Source of the DNA: a virus | Taxonomy: Duplodnaviria > Heunggongvirae > Uroviricota > Caudoviricetes | Length of the DNA: 25,915 nucleotides | Virus record (IMG/VR): IMGVR_UViG_2671180841_000012 | Span: 1-25,915 of that record | Reading direction: 5' to 3' (one strand) | Part shown: positions 17,998 to 25,915 of the stretch, in pieces | Layout: every line of letters begins with the position of its first letter | Numbering within the stretch: the stretch's first letter is position 1 | The notes under the pieces: generated by a model | The model's database searches: none | What the model was told of the DNA's origin: nothing | What the model saw: only the letters and a program-made list of their open reading frames with translations | Position numbers and translations under genes: made by a program

Positions 17998-18601
17998 TTC
18001 GCGACTGCTGCCGACCGGCTCATCACTGCTTGAAGTTGCCGCCGCAAAAGCCTGTGCGGAAATTGAAAAAACGCCGGTCAGTATTCGTGAGCTGTGGAAC
18101 CCGGACACCTGCCCGGCAAATCTGCTGCCGTGGCTGGCGTGGTCATTTTCGGTTGACCGCTGGGATGATAAATGGCCGGAAGCGACAAAACGCGCTGTTA
18201 TCCGCGATGCGTATTTCATTCACTGCCATAAGGGCACTATAGGCGCAATCCGGCGTGTGGTGGAGCCGCTCGGCTATCTGATTGAGGTGAGGGAGTGGTG
18301 GCAGCTCAACGAGGAGCCGGGGACGTTCCGTATCGTTGTTGGCGTGCTTGAGCAGGGTATTACCGAAGAAATGTATCAGGAGCTGGAGCGCCTAGTTGCT
18401 GATGCAAAACCGGCAAGCCGCCATCTGACGGGACTGGCTATCAGTTTAAGTACAACCGGCAACATTTTTGCCGGTGCGGGATGCTATCACGGTGACGCCC
18501 TGACGGTTTATCCCTACACCCCGGAGGCCATTATTGTCGGAGGGGATTATTTCCCGGCCTCGGCCATTCATTTAATTGATAACCTGAGAGTAAACGCATG
18601 A
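17990..18601 (+). CDS. I: Baseplate protein I
   Basis: 203-aa ORF overlapping the J stop; P2 gpI position. Confidence 0.8.
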   Translation: MSDSRLLPTGSSLLEVAAAKACAEIEKTPVSIRELWNPDTCPANLLPWLAWSFSVDRWDDKWPEATKRAVIRDAYFIHCHKGTIGAIRRVVEPLGYLIEVREWWQLNEEPGTFRIVVGVLEQGITEEMYQELERLVADAKPASRHLTGLAISLSTTGNIFAGAGCYHGDALTVYPYTPEAIIVGGDYFPASAIHLIDNLRVNA

Positions 18602-19758
18602 CAGTGAAATACTACGCCATTCTGACTAATCAGGGCGCAGCACGGCTGGCTAACGCGACGATGCTCGGCAGTAAGCTGAATCTGACGCAAATGGCCGTTG
18701 GTGATGCGAATGGTGTCTTGCCGACACCAGACCCGGCACAGACAAAACTGATTAACCAGAAACGCATCGCGCCGCTGAATCTTCTGAGTGTTGACCCGAA
18801 CAACCAGAGCCAGATTATTGCGGAGCAAATCATCCCTGAGAACGAGGGCGGATTCTGGATCCGTGAGATTGGGCTTTATGATGATGAAGGCGTACTCATT
18901 GCGGTGGCGAACTGCCCGGAAACGTACAAACCGCAGTTGCAGGAAGGCAGTGGTCGTACCCAGACTATCCGCATGATTCTGGTTGTCACGAATACCGAAG
19001 CTATCACGCTGAAAATCGACCCGTCGGTGGTACTGGCGACCCGTAAATACGTGGATGATGAAGTCCTGGAATTAAGGCTGTATGTGGATGACCAGATGAG
19101 AAACCACATTGCCGCACAGGATCCTCATACCCAGTATGCGCAGAAACATAATCCGACATTTACCGGAGAACCAAAAGCGCCGACGCCTGCCGCAGGAAAT
19201 AACACCACGCGGATTGCGACCACTGCGTTTGTTCAGGCCGCTATTACCGCTCTGATTAACGGTGCGCCAGCCACGCTGGACACACTGAAAGAAATTGCCG
19301 CAGCCATTAACAATGACCCGAAATTCAGTACCACCATTAACAATGCGCTGTCAGGTAAGCAGCCACTGGATGAGACGCTGACTCATTTGAGTGGAAAGGA
19401 TGTAGCTGGTCTTCTCGCATACCTTGGTTTGGGAGAAGCGGCAAAACGGAATGTGGGAACAGGGGAAAATCAGATACCTGATATGTCATCATATGCATCA
19501 GGTTCAGGCTGGCGAAAAATGCCAGATGGTTCAATTGAACAGTGGGGACGAATTCGTTTTCCTGGTGAACACGGGCCTGTATCCGCCAATGTTTCATTCC
19601 CGATTCCATTTACACAGACACCGGGCATTGTAATTGTGTGCGATGGTGGTTTCGGGGGCGGGAATATGTGGGGGGCGACCAACTGGAGCACTACCGGCTT
19701 CATAGCTCACTGCAATTATGGTCTTGAAGGTGGTGCGTTTTTCGCTAAGGGCTGGTAA
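18598..19758 (+). CDS. H: Tail fibre protein H (constant N-terminal part fused to invertible C-terminal variable part)
   Basis: 386-aa ORF; the N-terminal ~275 residues resemble the P2-type fibre shaft (MAVGDANG...[20 protein letters not shown]); the C-terminal ~110 residues lie beyond the crossover site at 19412-19437. Confidence 0.85.
   Translation: MTVKYYAILTNQGAARLANATMLGSKLNLTQMAVGDANGVLPTPDPAQTKLINQKRIAPLNLLSVDPNNQSQIIAEQIIPENEGGFWIREIGLYDDEGVLIAVANCPETYKPQLQEGSGRTQTIRMILVVTNTEAITLKIDPSVVLATRKYVDDEVLELRLYVDDQMRNHIAAQDPHTQYAQKHNPTFTGEPKAPTPAAGNNTTRIATTAFVQAAITALINGAPATLDTLKEIAAAINNDPKFSTTINNALSGKQPLDETLTHLSGKDVAGLLAYLGLGEAAKRNVGTGENQIPDMSSYASGSGWRKMPDGSIEQWGRIRFPGEHGPVSANVSFPIPFTQTPGIVIVCDGGFGGGNMWGATNWSTTGFIAHCNYGLEGGAFFAKGW
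19412..19437. repeat. hix/gix-like recombination site inside H (proximal end of invertible segment)
   Basis: TTCTCGCATACC-TT-GGTTTGGGAGAA: two 12-bp half-sites in inverted orientation around a 2-bp core (10 of 12 symmetric); 19421-19437 is the exact reverse complement of 21237-21253. Confidence 0.7.
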
Positions 19759-20201
19759 TGATGAAATATCTGTACGTAAACAACCTGGCATATCCTTACG
19801 AACTTCAGTCTCTTTATGTTGAAAAAGGTGAATGGCCTGAAGAAAAAGGTGTTGATATAGACGAAGTAATTTTCAGGGAATATTTCTATGACACACCACC
19901 AGAAGGAAAATACAGATGTGTTGGAGAAGATGGACTGCCTGCATGGGCAGATATTCCTCCACCAACACGTGAAGAACAAATTGCATCAGCCGAAACTAAA
20001 AAGCAGCAATTGATTAATCAGGCCAACGATTATATGAACAGTAGACAATGGGTTGGTAAAGCGGCTATTGGTCGTCTGAAAGGTGAGGAACTGGCGCAAT
20101 ATAATTTGTGGCTGGATTATCTGGACGCACTGGAGCTGGTCGATACTTCCAGTGCACCAGATATTGAATGGCCTACTCCTCCGGCAGTTCAGGCCAGATG
20201 A
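19758..20201 (+). CDS. G: Tail fibre assembly chaperone G
   Basis: 147-aa ORF overlapping the H stop (TAATG); C-terminal motif LDYLDA...DTSSAPDIEWP is shared with the minus-strand paralog. Confidence 0.8.
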   Translation: MMKYLYVNNLAYPYELQSLYVEKGEWPEEKGVDIDEVIFREYFYDTPPEGKYRCVGEDGLPAWADIPPPTREEQIASAETKKQQLINQANDYMNSRQWVGKAAIGRLKGEELAQYNLWLDYLDALELVDTSSAPDIEWPTPPAVQAR

Positions 20202-20784
20202 CATCCGGCGCGGTGCTGGTATCTGTTGCCGTCACCGCGTCAATGTAATCCAGCACCGTGTTAAGTCGGCTGGTTTCTGCCTGCGTCAGATTCCGTCCGG
20301 CCCGTAATTTCAGTTGAATCAGACTGATGGAAGCCATTGCAGTATCAATCAGCGACTGGCGTTGTGCTTCTGCTGCATCTACTGCGGCGCTATGCTGTGC
20401 ATCGGTATCCGTCACCCATTTCTCACCATCCCATTTATCGTATGGTGTTAACGGGGCGATAGTGGTTGTATTATCAGGGTAATCACCCGGAGCTGTGATT
20501 TCTTTTGATTCTCCTGTTTCGGTGCTAAAGACGATTTCACCGCGATGGTCTGGCACATATTCCCATGAGTTAAAATCTGCAGAACGGCAGATTGCATAAC
20601 CAGCCTTATGTGTAACTGGTGCATCTAAACAAGAACATGCCGGGATACCGACGCCAACCGTAAGATATTCAGTTGATGTGGAAATATATTCCCGCGTTTC
20701 TCCGTTGTAGTTGTAAACGGTAATGAAGCCAGCCTCTGTGGCAAATCCGTTTTCATCCAAAGTGATTTTTTTTGTGGTCATCAT
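20173..20784 (-). CDS. Alternative tail fibre assembly chaperone (G')
   Basis: 203-aa minus-strand ORF convergent with G, 3' ends overlapping by 29 bp; C-terminal LDYIDA...DTSTAPDVIWP marks it as a paralog of G. Confidence 0.75.
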   Translation of the reverse strand: MMTTKKITLDENGFATEAGFITVYNYNGETREYISTSTEYLTVGVGIPACSCLDAPVTHKAGYAICRSADFNSWEYVPDHRGEIVFSTETGESKEITAPGDYPDNTTTIAPLTPYDKWDGEKWVTDTDAQHSAAVDAAEAQRQSLIDTAMASISLIQLKLRAGRNLTQAETSRLNTVLDYIDAVTATDTSTAPDVIWPELPEE

Positions 20785-21257
20785 GCTGCCCTTACAATGT
20801 AGTTAAATGCAATGTTACGTGGCCTTGTTTCTGCTGATGTTCTTGCACTCCTGGATAAATCAAGTGTCACACCATAGTAACTAAATGCATTACCAGTTGA
20901 TGGAGCGGCATATTTAACCCCAGAACTAGAACCAACATTAAAAACTCCAGATGCTGAGGAAGCTGACCCCATAGTGTTATCAATCAGAGAACCCGTAACA
21001 TTTTGCATAGCGTCAAGTTGTTCGCTTAATAAAGCGCGTCCACTATCAACATCACGCCCGTCATCCCAGCCACGAATAAATTCACCTCGTAAATCAGGCA
21101 ATTTATTTGTCGGATAAGCCTTTGCCAGTTCCGGGTATTCTTCAGCAGAAAAAAACGCACCGTTGCATTTCAGCCAGCCTGTTGGCGGAGTGGTGGAAGG
21201 CCACGGAACAGGCACGCCAACGGGTAATGCCGAACCTTCTCCCAAACCAAGGTATAA
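20781..21257 (-). CDS. Silent alternative tail-fibre C-terminal cassette (Hv')
   Basis: Minus-strand reading frame ending at 20781 that enters at the distal crossover site with LYLGLGEGSALPVG..., parallel to H's [10 protein letters not shown]. The frame is the same relative to the core in both sites, so inversion would fuse H's constant part in frame. The track ORF runs on to 21434 but has no credible start there. Confidence 0.65.
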   Translation of the reverse strand, partial: LYLGLGEGSALPVGVPVPWPSTTPPTGWLKCNGAFFSAEEYPELAKAYPTNKLPDLRGEFIRGWDDGRDVDSGRALLSEQLDAMQNVTGSLIDNTMGSASSASGVFNVGSSSGVKYAAPSTGNAFSYYGVTLDLSRSARTSAETRPRNIAFNYIVRAA

Positions 21258-21262
21258 CAACA
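21237..21262. repeat. hix/gix-like recombination site (distal end of invertible segment)
   Basis: TTCTCCCAAACC-AA-GGTATAACAACA: left half-site and core are the exact inverted copy of the site in H; the right half-site is degenerate (about 6 of 12). Confidence 0.65.
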
Positions 21263-21415
21263 AATGACCAGAATACGGAATTGCAGCGTAACGCGCTGGA
21301 GTGCGCAGGATGTGAGCTGATTTTTGATATTGGCCTGTCCACGCTCTATAAAAAATTCCCCTCATCAGCGACAAAGAATAAATTGTGTCATCCCTTAGCC
21401 AACCGGGACAAATAG
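21251..21415 (+). pseudogene. Remnant of a Gin/Hin/Cin/Pin-family serine DNA invertase
   Basis: Plus-strand frame next to the distal site reads TNDQNTELQRNALECAGCELIF then jumps to DIGLSTLYKKFPSS...; these correspond to the N-terminal residues and the C-terminal DNA-binding end of Gin/Hin as I recall them. No start codon, no catalytic Ser (RVS absent), and ~140 internal codons missing. Confidence 0.7.
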
Positions 21416-21474
21416 CCTGACATCTCCGGCACAACTGAAAATATCACTCACCCATTAACCACGGAGTTAAACGG

Positions 21475-22665
21475 ATGAGTGACTATCATCACGGCGTGCA
21501 GGTGCTGGAGATTAACGACGGCACCCGTGTCATTTCCACCGTATCCACTGCCATTGTTGGCATGGTCTGCACGGCCAGCGATGCGGATGCGGAAACCTTC
21601 CCCCTCAATAAACCGGTGCTGATTACCAATGTGCAGAGCGCAATTGCAAAGGCCGGTAAAAAAGGCACGCTGGCGGCATCGTTGCAGGCTATCGCCGACC
21701 AGTCAAAACCGGTCACCGTTGTTGTGCGCGTGGAGGACGGCACCGGCGACGACGAAGAAACGAAACTTGCGCAGACCGTTTCCAATATCATCGGCACCAC
21801 TGACGAAAACGGTCAGTACACCGGACTGAAAGCCCTGCTGGCGGCAGAGTCGGTAACCGGTGTTAAACCGCGTATTCTTGGTGTGCCGGGACTGGATACC
21901 AAAGAGGTGGCTGTAGCACTAGCATCCGTCTGTCAGAAGCTGCGCGCTTTCGGGTATATCAGCGCATGGGGCTGTAAGACCATTTCCGAGGTGAAAGCCT
22001 ACCGCCAGAATTTCAGCCAGCGTGAGCTGATGGTCATCTGGCCGGATTTCCTCGCATGGGATACGGTCACCAGTACCACCGCCACCGCGTATGCCACCGC
22101 TCGTGCGCTGGGGCTGCGCGCTAAAATCGACCAGGAGCAGGGCTGGCATAAAACGCTGTCCAACGTCGGGGTGAACGGTGTTACCGGCATCAGCGCATCT
22201 GTATTCTGGGATTTGCAGGAGTCCGGCACCGATGCTGACCTGCTTAACGAGTCAGGCGTCACTACGCTGATTCGCCGCGACGGTTTCCGCTTCTGGGGTA
22301 ACCGTACCTGCTCTGATGACCCACTGTTTCTCTTTGAAAACTACACCCGTACCGCGCAGGTGCTGGCCGACACGATAGCTGAGGCGCACATGTGGGCGGT
22401 GGACAAGCCCATCACCGCAACGCTGATTCGCGACATCGTTGACGGCATCAATGCCAAATTCCGTGAGCTGAAAACAAACGGCTATATCGTGGATGGCTCA
22501 TGCTGGTTCAGCGAAGAATCCAACGATGCGGAAACCCTCAAGGCCGGAAAACTGTATATCGACTACGACTATACACCGGTGCCTCCTCTCGAAAACCTGA
22601 CCCTGCGCCAGCGTATTACCGATAAATACCTGGCGAATCTGGTCACCTCGGTTAACAGCAATTAA
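21475..22665 (+). CDS. FI: Tail sheath protein FI
   Basis: 396-aa ORF preceded by GGAG. Confidence 0.88.
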   Translation: MSDYHHGVQVLEINDGTRVISTVSTAIVGMVCTASDADAETFPLNKPVLITNVQSAIAKAGKKGTLAASLQAIADQSKPVTVVVRVEDGTGDDEETKLAQTVSNIIGTTDENGQYTGLKALLAAESVTGVKPRILGVPGLDTKEVAVALASVCQKLRAFGYISAWGCKTISEVKAYRQNFSQRELMVIWPDFLAWDTVTSTTATAYATARALGLRAKIDQEQGWHKTLSNVGVNGVTGISASVFWDLQESGTDADLLNESGVTTLIRRDGFRFWGNRTCSDDPLFLFENYTRTAQVLADTIAEAHMWAVDKPITATLIRDIVDGINAKFRELKTNGYIVDGSCWFSEESNDAETLKAGKLYIDYDYTPVPPLENLTLRQRITDKYLANLVTSVNSN

Positions 22666-22677
22666 GGAGCCTGACCG

Positions 22678-23196
22678 ATGGCAATGCCGCGCAAACTCAA
22701 GTTAATGAACGTCTTTCTGAACGGCTACAGCTATCAGGGCGTCGCGAAGTCCGTCACGCTACCAAAACTGACCCGTAAGCTCGAAAACTATCGCGGTGCG
22801 GGGATGAACGGCAGCGCACCGGTAGACCTCGGCCTTGATGACGATGCGCTGTCAATGGAGTGGTCGCTCGGTGGCTTCCCGGATTCGGTTATCTGGGAGC
22901 TTTACGCCGCAACCGGTGTGGATGCCGTACCGATTCGTTTTGCAGGCTCTTACCAGCGCGACGATACCGGCGAAACGGTGGCCGTCGAGGTGGTCATGCG
23001 TGGACGTCAGAAAGAAATCGACACCGGCGAGGGTAAACAGGGAGAAGACACCGAGTCGAAAATCTCCGTGGTCTGCACCTATTTCCTGCTGACGATGGAC
23101 GGTAAGGAGCTGGTCGAAATTGACACCATCAACATGATTGAGAAGGTGAACGGCGTCGACCGGCTGGAGCAACACCGCCGCAATATCGGCCTGTGA
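22678..23196 (+). CDS. FII: Tail tube protein FII
   Basis: 172-aa ORF preceded by AGGAG, directly after FI. Confidence 0.88.
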   Translation: MAMPRKLKLMNVFLNGYSYQGVAKSVTLPKLTRKLENYRGAGMNGSAPVDLGLDDDALSMEWSLGGFPDSVIWELYAATGVDAVPIRFAGSYQRDDTGETVAVEVVMRGRQKEIDTGEGKQGEDTESKISVVCTYFLLTMDGKELVEIDTINMIEKVNGVDRLEQHRRNIGL

Positions 23197-23251
23197 TTTT
23201 CATCCGGTCAGCCAGGCTGACCGGTAACCCCGATTCAGAAGTGAGAAAACC

Positions 23252-23527
23252 ATGAACAAAGAAAATGTCATTACCCTGGACAATCCGGTCAAACGTGGTG
23301 AGCAGGTTATCGAACAGGTCACGCTGATGAAACCCAATGCCGGGACGCTGCGCGGTGTCAGTCTGGCTGCGGTTGCAAACTCCGAAGTCGATGCACTGAT
23401 TAAAGTGCTGCCGCGCATGACGGCACCGATGCTGACCGAGCAGGAAGTCGCCGCGCTGGAACTGCCTGACCTTGTGGCGCTGGCCGGTAAGGTGGTCGGT
23501 TTTTTGTCGCCGAACTCGGTGCAGTGA
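23252..23527 (+). CDS. E: Tail assembly chaperone E
   Basis: 91-aa ORF between the tube gene and the tape-measure gene. Confidence 0.8.
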   Translation: MNKENVITLDNPVKRGEQVIEQVTLMKPNAGTLRGVSLAAVANSEVDALIKVLPRMTAPMLTEQEVAALELPDLVALAGKVVGFLSPNSVQ

Positions 23528-23679
23528 CGTTCCCGAAAAATCTCTCGGTCGATGACCTGATGGCGGATGTGGCAGTGATATTTCACTGGCCGCCATCAGA
23601 ACTGTATCCCATGAGCCTGACCGAACTCATCACATGGCGCGAAAAGGCGCTCCGGCGAAGCGGAAACACGAATGAGTAA
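23252..23679 (+). CDS. Tail assembly chaperone E+E' (-1 programmed frameshift product)
   Basis: Slippery heptamer T-TTT-TTG at 23500-23506 near the end of E; the -1 frame stays open from there to TAA at 23677-23679, overlapping the T start codon. Confidence 0.7.
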
Positions 23680-25915
23680 CAATGTAAAATTACAGGTATT
23701 GCTCAGGGCTGTTGACCAGGCATCCCGCCCGTTTAAATCCATCCGCACAGCGAGCAAATCGCTGTCGGGGGATATCCGGGAAACACAAAAATCACTGCGC
23801 GAGCTGAACGGTCAGGCGTCCCGTATTGAGGGATTTCGCAAGACCAGTGCACAGCTCGCCGTGACTGGTCATGCACTTGAAAAGGCACGGCAGGAGGCTG
23901 AAGCCCTTGCCACACAGTTTAAAAACACCGAACGTCCGACCCGTGCTCAGGCGAAAGTGCTGGAATCCGCAAAGCGTGCGGCGGAGGACTTACAGGCGAA
24001 ATATAACCGCCTGACGGATTCCGTTAAACGCCAGCAGCGGGAACTGGCCGCTGTGGGAATTAATACCCGCAATCTTGCACATGATGAGCAGGGACTGAAA
24101 AACCGTATCAGTGAAACCACCGCACAGCTTAACCGTCAGCGCGACGCGCTGGCGCGTGTCAGTGCGCAACAGGCAAAACTTAACGCAGTCAAACAGCGTT
24201 ATCAGGCCGGAAAGGAACTGGCCGGAAATATGGCCTCGGTGGGCGCTGCCGGTGTGGGGATTGCGGCGGCGGGAACGATGGCCGGAGTTAAGCTGCTGAT
24301 GCCCGGTTATGAGTTTGCGCAGAAAAACTCAGAATTGCAGGCCGTGCTCGGAGTGGCAAAAGACTCCGCCGAAATGACCGCACTACGCAAACAGGCGCGC
24401 CAGCTCGGCGACAATACCGCCGCCTCGGCGGATGATGCGGCCGGTGCACAGATAATCATCGCGAAAGCGGGTGGGGATGTTGATGCCATTCAGGCGGCAA
24501 CGCCGGTCACGCTGAATATGGCGCTGGCGAACCGCCGCACGATGGAAGAAAACGCCGCCCTGCTGATGGGGATGAAATCCGCCTTTCAGCTTTCAAACGA
24601 TAAGGTCGCTCATATCGGGGATGTTCTCTCCATGACGATGAACAAAACCGCCGCCGATTTTGACGGCATGAGCGATGCGCTGACCTATGCCGCACCTGTG
24701 GCAAAAAATGCCGGTGTCAGCATTGAAGAAACCGCCGCAATGGTCGGGGCGCTGCATGATGCAAAAATCACAGGCTCAATGGCGGGGACGGGAAGCCGTG
24801 CCGTGTTAAGCCGCCTGCAGGCACCGACGGGAAAAGCATGGGATGCACTCAAAGAGCTTGGCGTGAAAACCTCAGACAGCAAGGGAAACACCCGGCCAAT
24901 ATTTACCATTCTGAAAGAAATGCAGGCCAGTTTTGAGAAAAACCGGCTCGGTACTGCCCAGCAGGCTGAATACATGAAAACTATTTTCGGGGAGGAGGCC
25001 AGCTCAGCCGCCGCCGTGCTGATGACTGCCGCCTCAACCGGAAAGCTGGACAAACTGACCGCTGCGTTTAAAGCCTCAGACGGGAAGACCGCCGAGCTGG
25101 TAAATATCATGCAGGACAACCTAGGCGGTGACTTTAAAGAGTTTCAGTCCGCTTATGAGGCAGTGGGGACTGACCTGTTTGACCAGCAGGAAGGCGCGCT
25201 GCGTAAGCTCACGCAGACGGCCACAAAGTATGTGTTAAAACTCGACGGCTGGATCCAGAAAAACAAATCACTGGCGTCAACCATCGGCATCATTGCCGGT
25301 GGCGCGCTGGCGCTGACTGGCATCATCGGTGCCATTGGCCTCGTAGCCTGGCCGGTTATCACCGGCATCAATGCCATCATCGCGGCAGCAGGCGCAATGG
25401 GGGCAGTCTTCACGACGGTTGGCAGTGCTGTTATGACCGCCATCGGGGCTATTAGCTGGCCGGTTGTGGCCGTGGTGGCCGCAATTGTCACCGGGGCGTT
25501 GCTTATCCGTAAATACTGGGAGCCTGTCAGCGCATTCTTTGGCGGTGTGGTTGAAGGGCTGAAAGTGGCATTTGCGCCGGTGGGGGAACTGTTCACGCCA
25601 CTTAAGCCGGTGTTTGACTGGCTGGGTGAAAAGTTACAGGCCGCGTGGCAGTGGTTTAAAAACCTGATTGCTCCGGTCAAAGCCACTCAGGACACCCTGA
25701 ACAGTTGCCGTGACACGGGGGGCATGTTCGGGCAGGCACTGGCTGACGCGCTGATGCTGCCGCTTAATGCGTTCAACAAACTGCGCAGCGGTATTGACTG
25801 GGTACTGGAAAAACTCGGTGTTATCAACAAAGAGTCAGACACACTTGACCAGACCGCCGCCAGAACTCAAGCCGCCACGTATGGCAGCGGTGGTTATATT
25901 CCGGCGACCAGCTCT
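23672..25915 (+). CDS. T: Tail tape-measure protein T (3' end outside window)
   Basis: ATG at 23672 opens a frame with no stop through the window end (748 codons); N-terminal region is helical and Gln/Ala/Arg-rich, with Gly/Ala-rich hydrophobic segments later (IAGGALALTGIIGAIGLVAWPV). Absent from the ORF track only because it lacks a stop. Confidence 0.85.
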   Translation, partial: MSNNVKLQVLLRAVDQASRPFKSIRTASKSLSGDIRETQKSLRELNGQASRIEGFRKTSAQLAVTGHALEKARQEAEALATQFKNTERPTRAQAKVLESAKRAAEDLQAKYNRLTDSVKRQQRELAAVGINTRNLAHDEQGLKNRISETTAQLNRQRDALARVSAQQAKLNAVKQRYQAGKELAGNMASVGAAGVGIAAAGTMAGVKLLMPGYEFAQKNSELQAVLGVAKDSAEMTALRKQARQLGDNTAASADDAAGAQIIIAKAGGDVDAIQAATPVTLNMALANRRTMEENAALLMGMKSAFQLSNDKVAHIGDVLSMTMNKTAADFDGMSDALTYAAPVAKNAGVSIEETAAMVGALHDAKITGSMAGTGSRAVLSRLQAPTGKAWDALKELGVKTSDSKGNTRPIFTILKEMQASFEKNRLGTAQQAEYMKTIFGEEASSAAAVLMTAASTGKLDKLTAAFKASDGKTAELVNIMQDNLGGDFKEFQSAYEAVGTDLFDQQEGALRKLTQTATKYVLKLDGWIQKNKSLASTIGIIAGGALALTGIIGAIGLVAWPVITGINAIIAAAGAMGAVFTTVGSAVMTAIGAISWPVVAVVAAIVTGALLIRKYWEPVSAFFGGVVEGLKVAFAPVGELFTPLKPVFDWLGEKLQAAWQWFKNLIAPVKATQDTLNSCRDTGGMFGQALADALMLPLNAFNKLRSGIDWVLEKLGVINKESDTLDQTAARTQAATYGSGGYIPATSS

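Noticed and set aside
21107-21415. 102-aa plus-strand ORF that could be called as a gene.
   Set aside because: Its first half is antisense to the alternative fibre cassette and its second half is the invertase remnant; it is an accidental open frame, not an intact gene.
20202-21474. A defence system at the Z/fun cargo position between G and FI.
   Set aside because: The interval is fully accounted for by the inverted alternative fibre cassette (G' and Hv') and the invertase remnant; no additional ORF with defence-like features is present.
1-25915. CRISPR arrays, tRNA/rRNA genes, IS elements or transposases.
   Set aside because: No regularly spaced short direct repeats, no tRNA-like cloverleaf regions recognised, and no transposase-like ORFs; the only recombinases are the integrase and the decayed invertase.

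Overview
This window is the int-proximal ~26 kb of a P2-family (peduovirus-like) prophage in an enterobacterial chromosome, recognised by reading the translated ORFs and their order; no database search was run. Gene order is canonical P2: int and C repressor (minus strand), cox, B, four small early ORFs, replication initiator A, a ~0.9 kb AT-rich cargo hotspot where P2 carries tin/old, the cos site, Q-P (minus), O-N-M-L-X, lysis genes Y-K-lysA-lysB/lysC, tail and baseplate genes R-S-V-W-J-I, tail fibre H-G, an inverted alternative fibre cassette, FI-FII-E/E' and the start of tape-measure T, which runs off the window. Two things stand out. (1) The A-cos hotspot holds a 37-aa hydrophobic peptide gene with a strong Shine-Dalgarno and a bidirectional terminator; a 15-nt sequence in its 5' leader is repeated beside a promoter-like element on the other side of the terminator, so a short convergent RNA would be perfectly complementary to the leader. 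This is the layout of a type I toxin/antisense-sRNA module and is the best candidate for an undescribed system, but it is a hypothesis from sequence alone. (2) Tail-fibre gene H is split by a hix/gix-like crossover site whose inverted partner lies 1.8 kb downstream, defining a Mu G-segment-like invertible host-range switch; its serine invertase gene has decayed to a ~50-codon remnant. No tRNA, rRNA, CRISPR array or IS element was seen.
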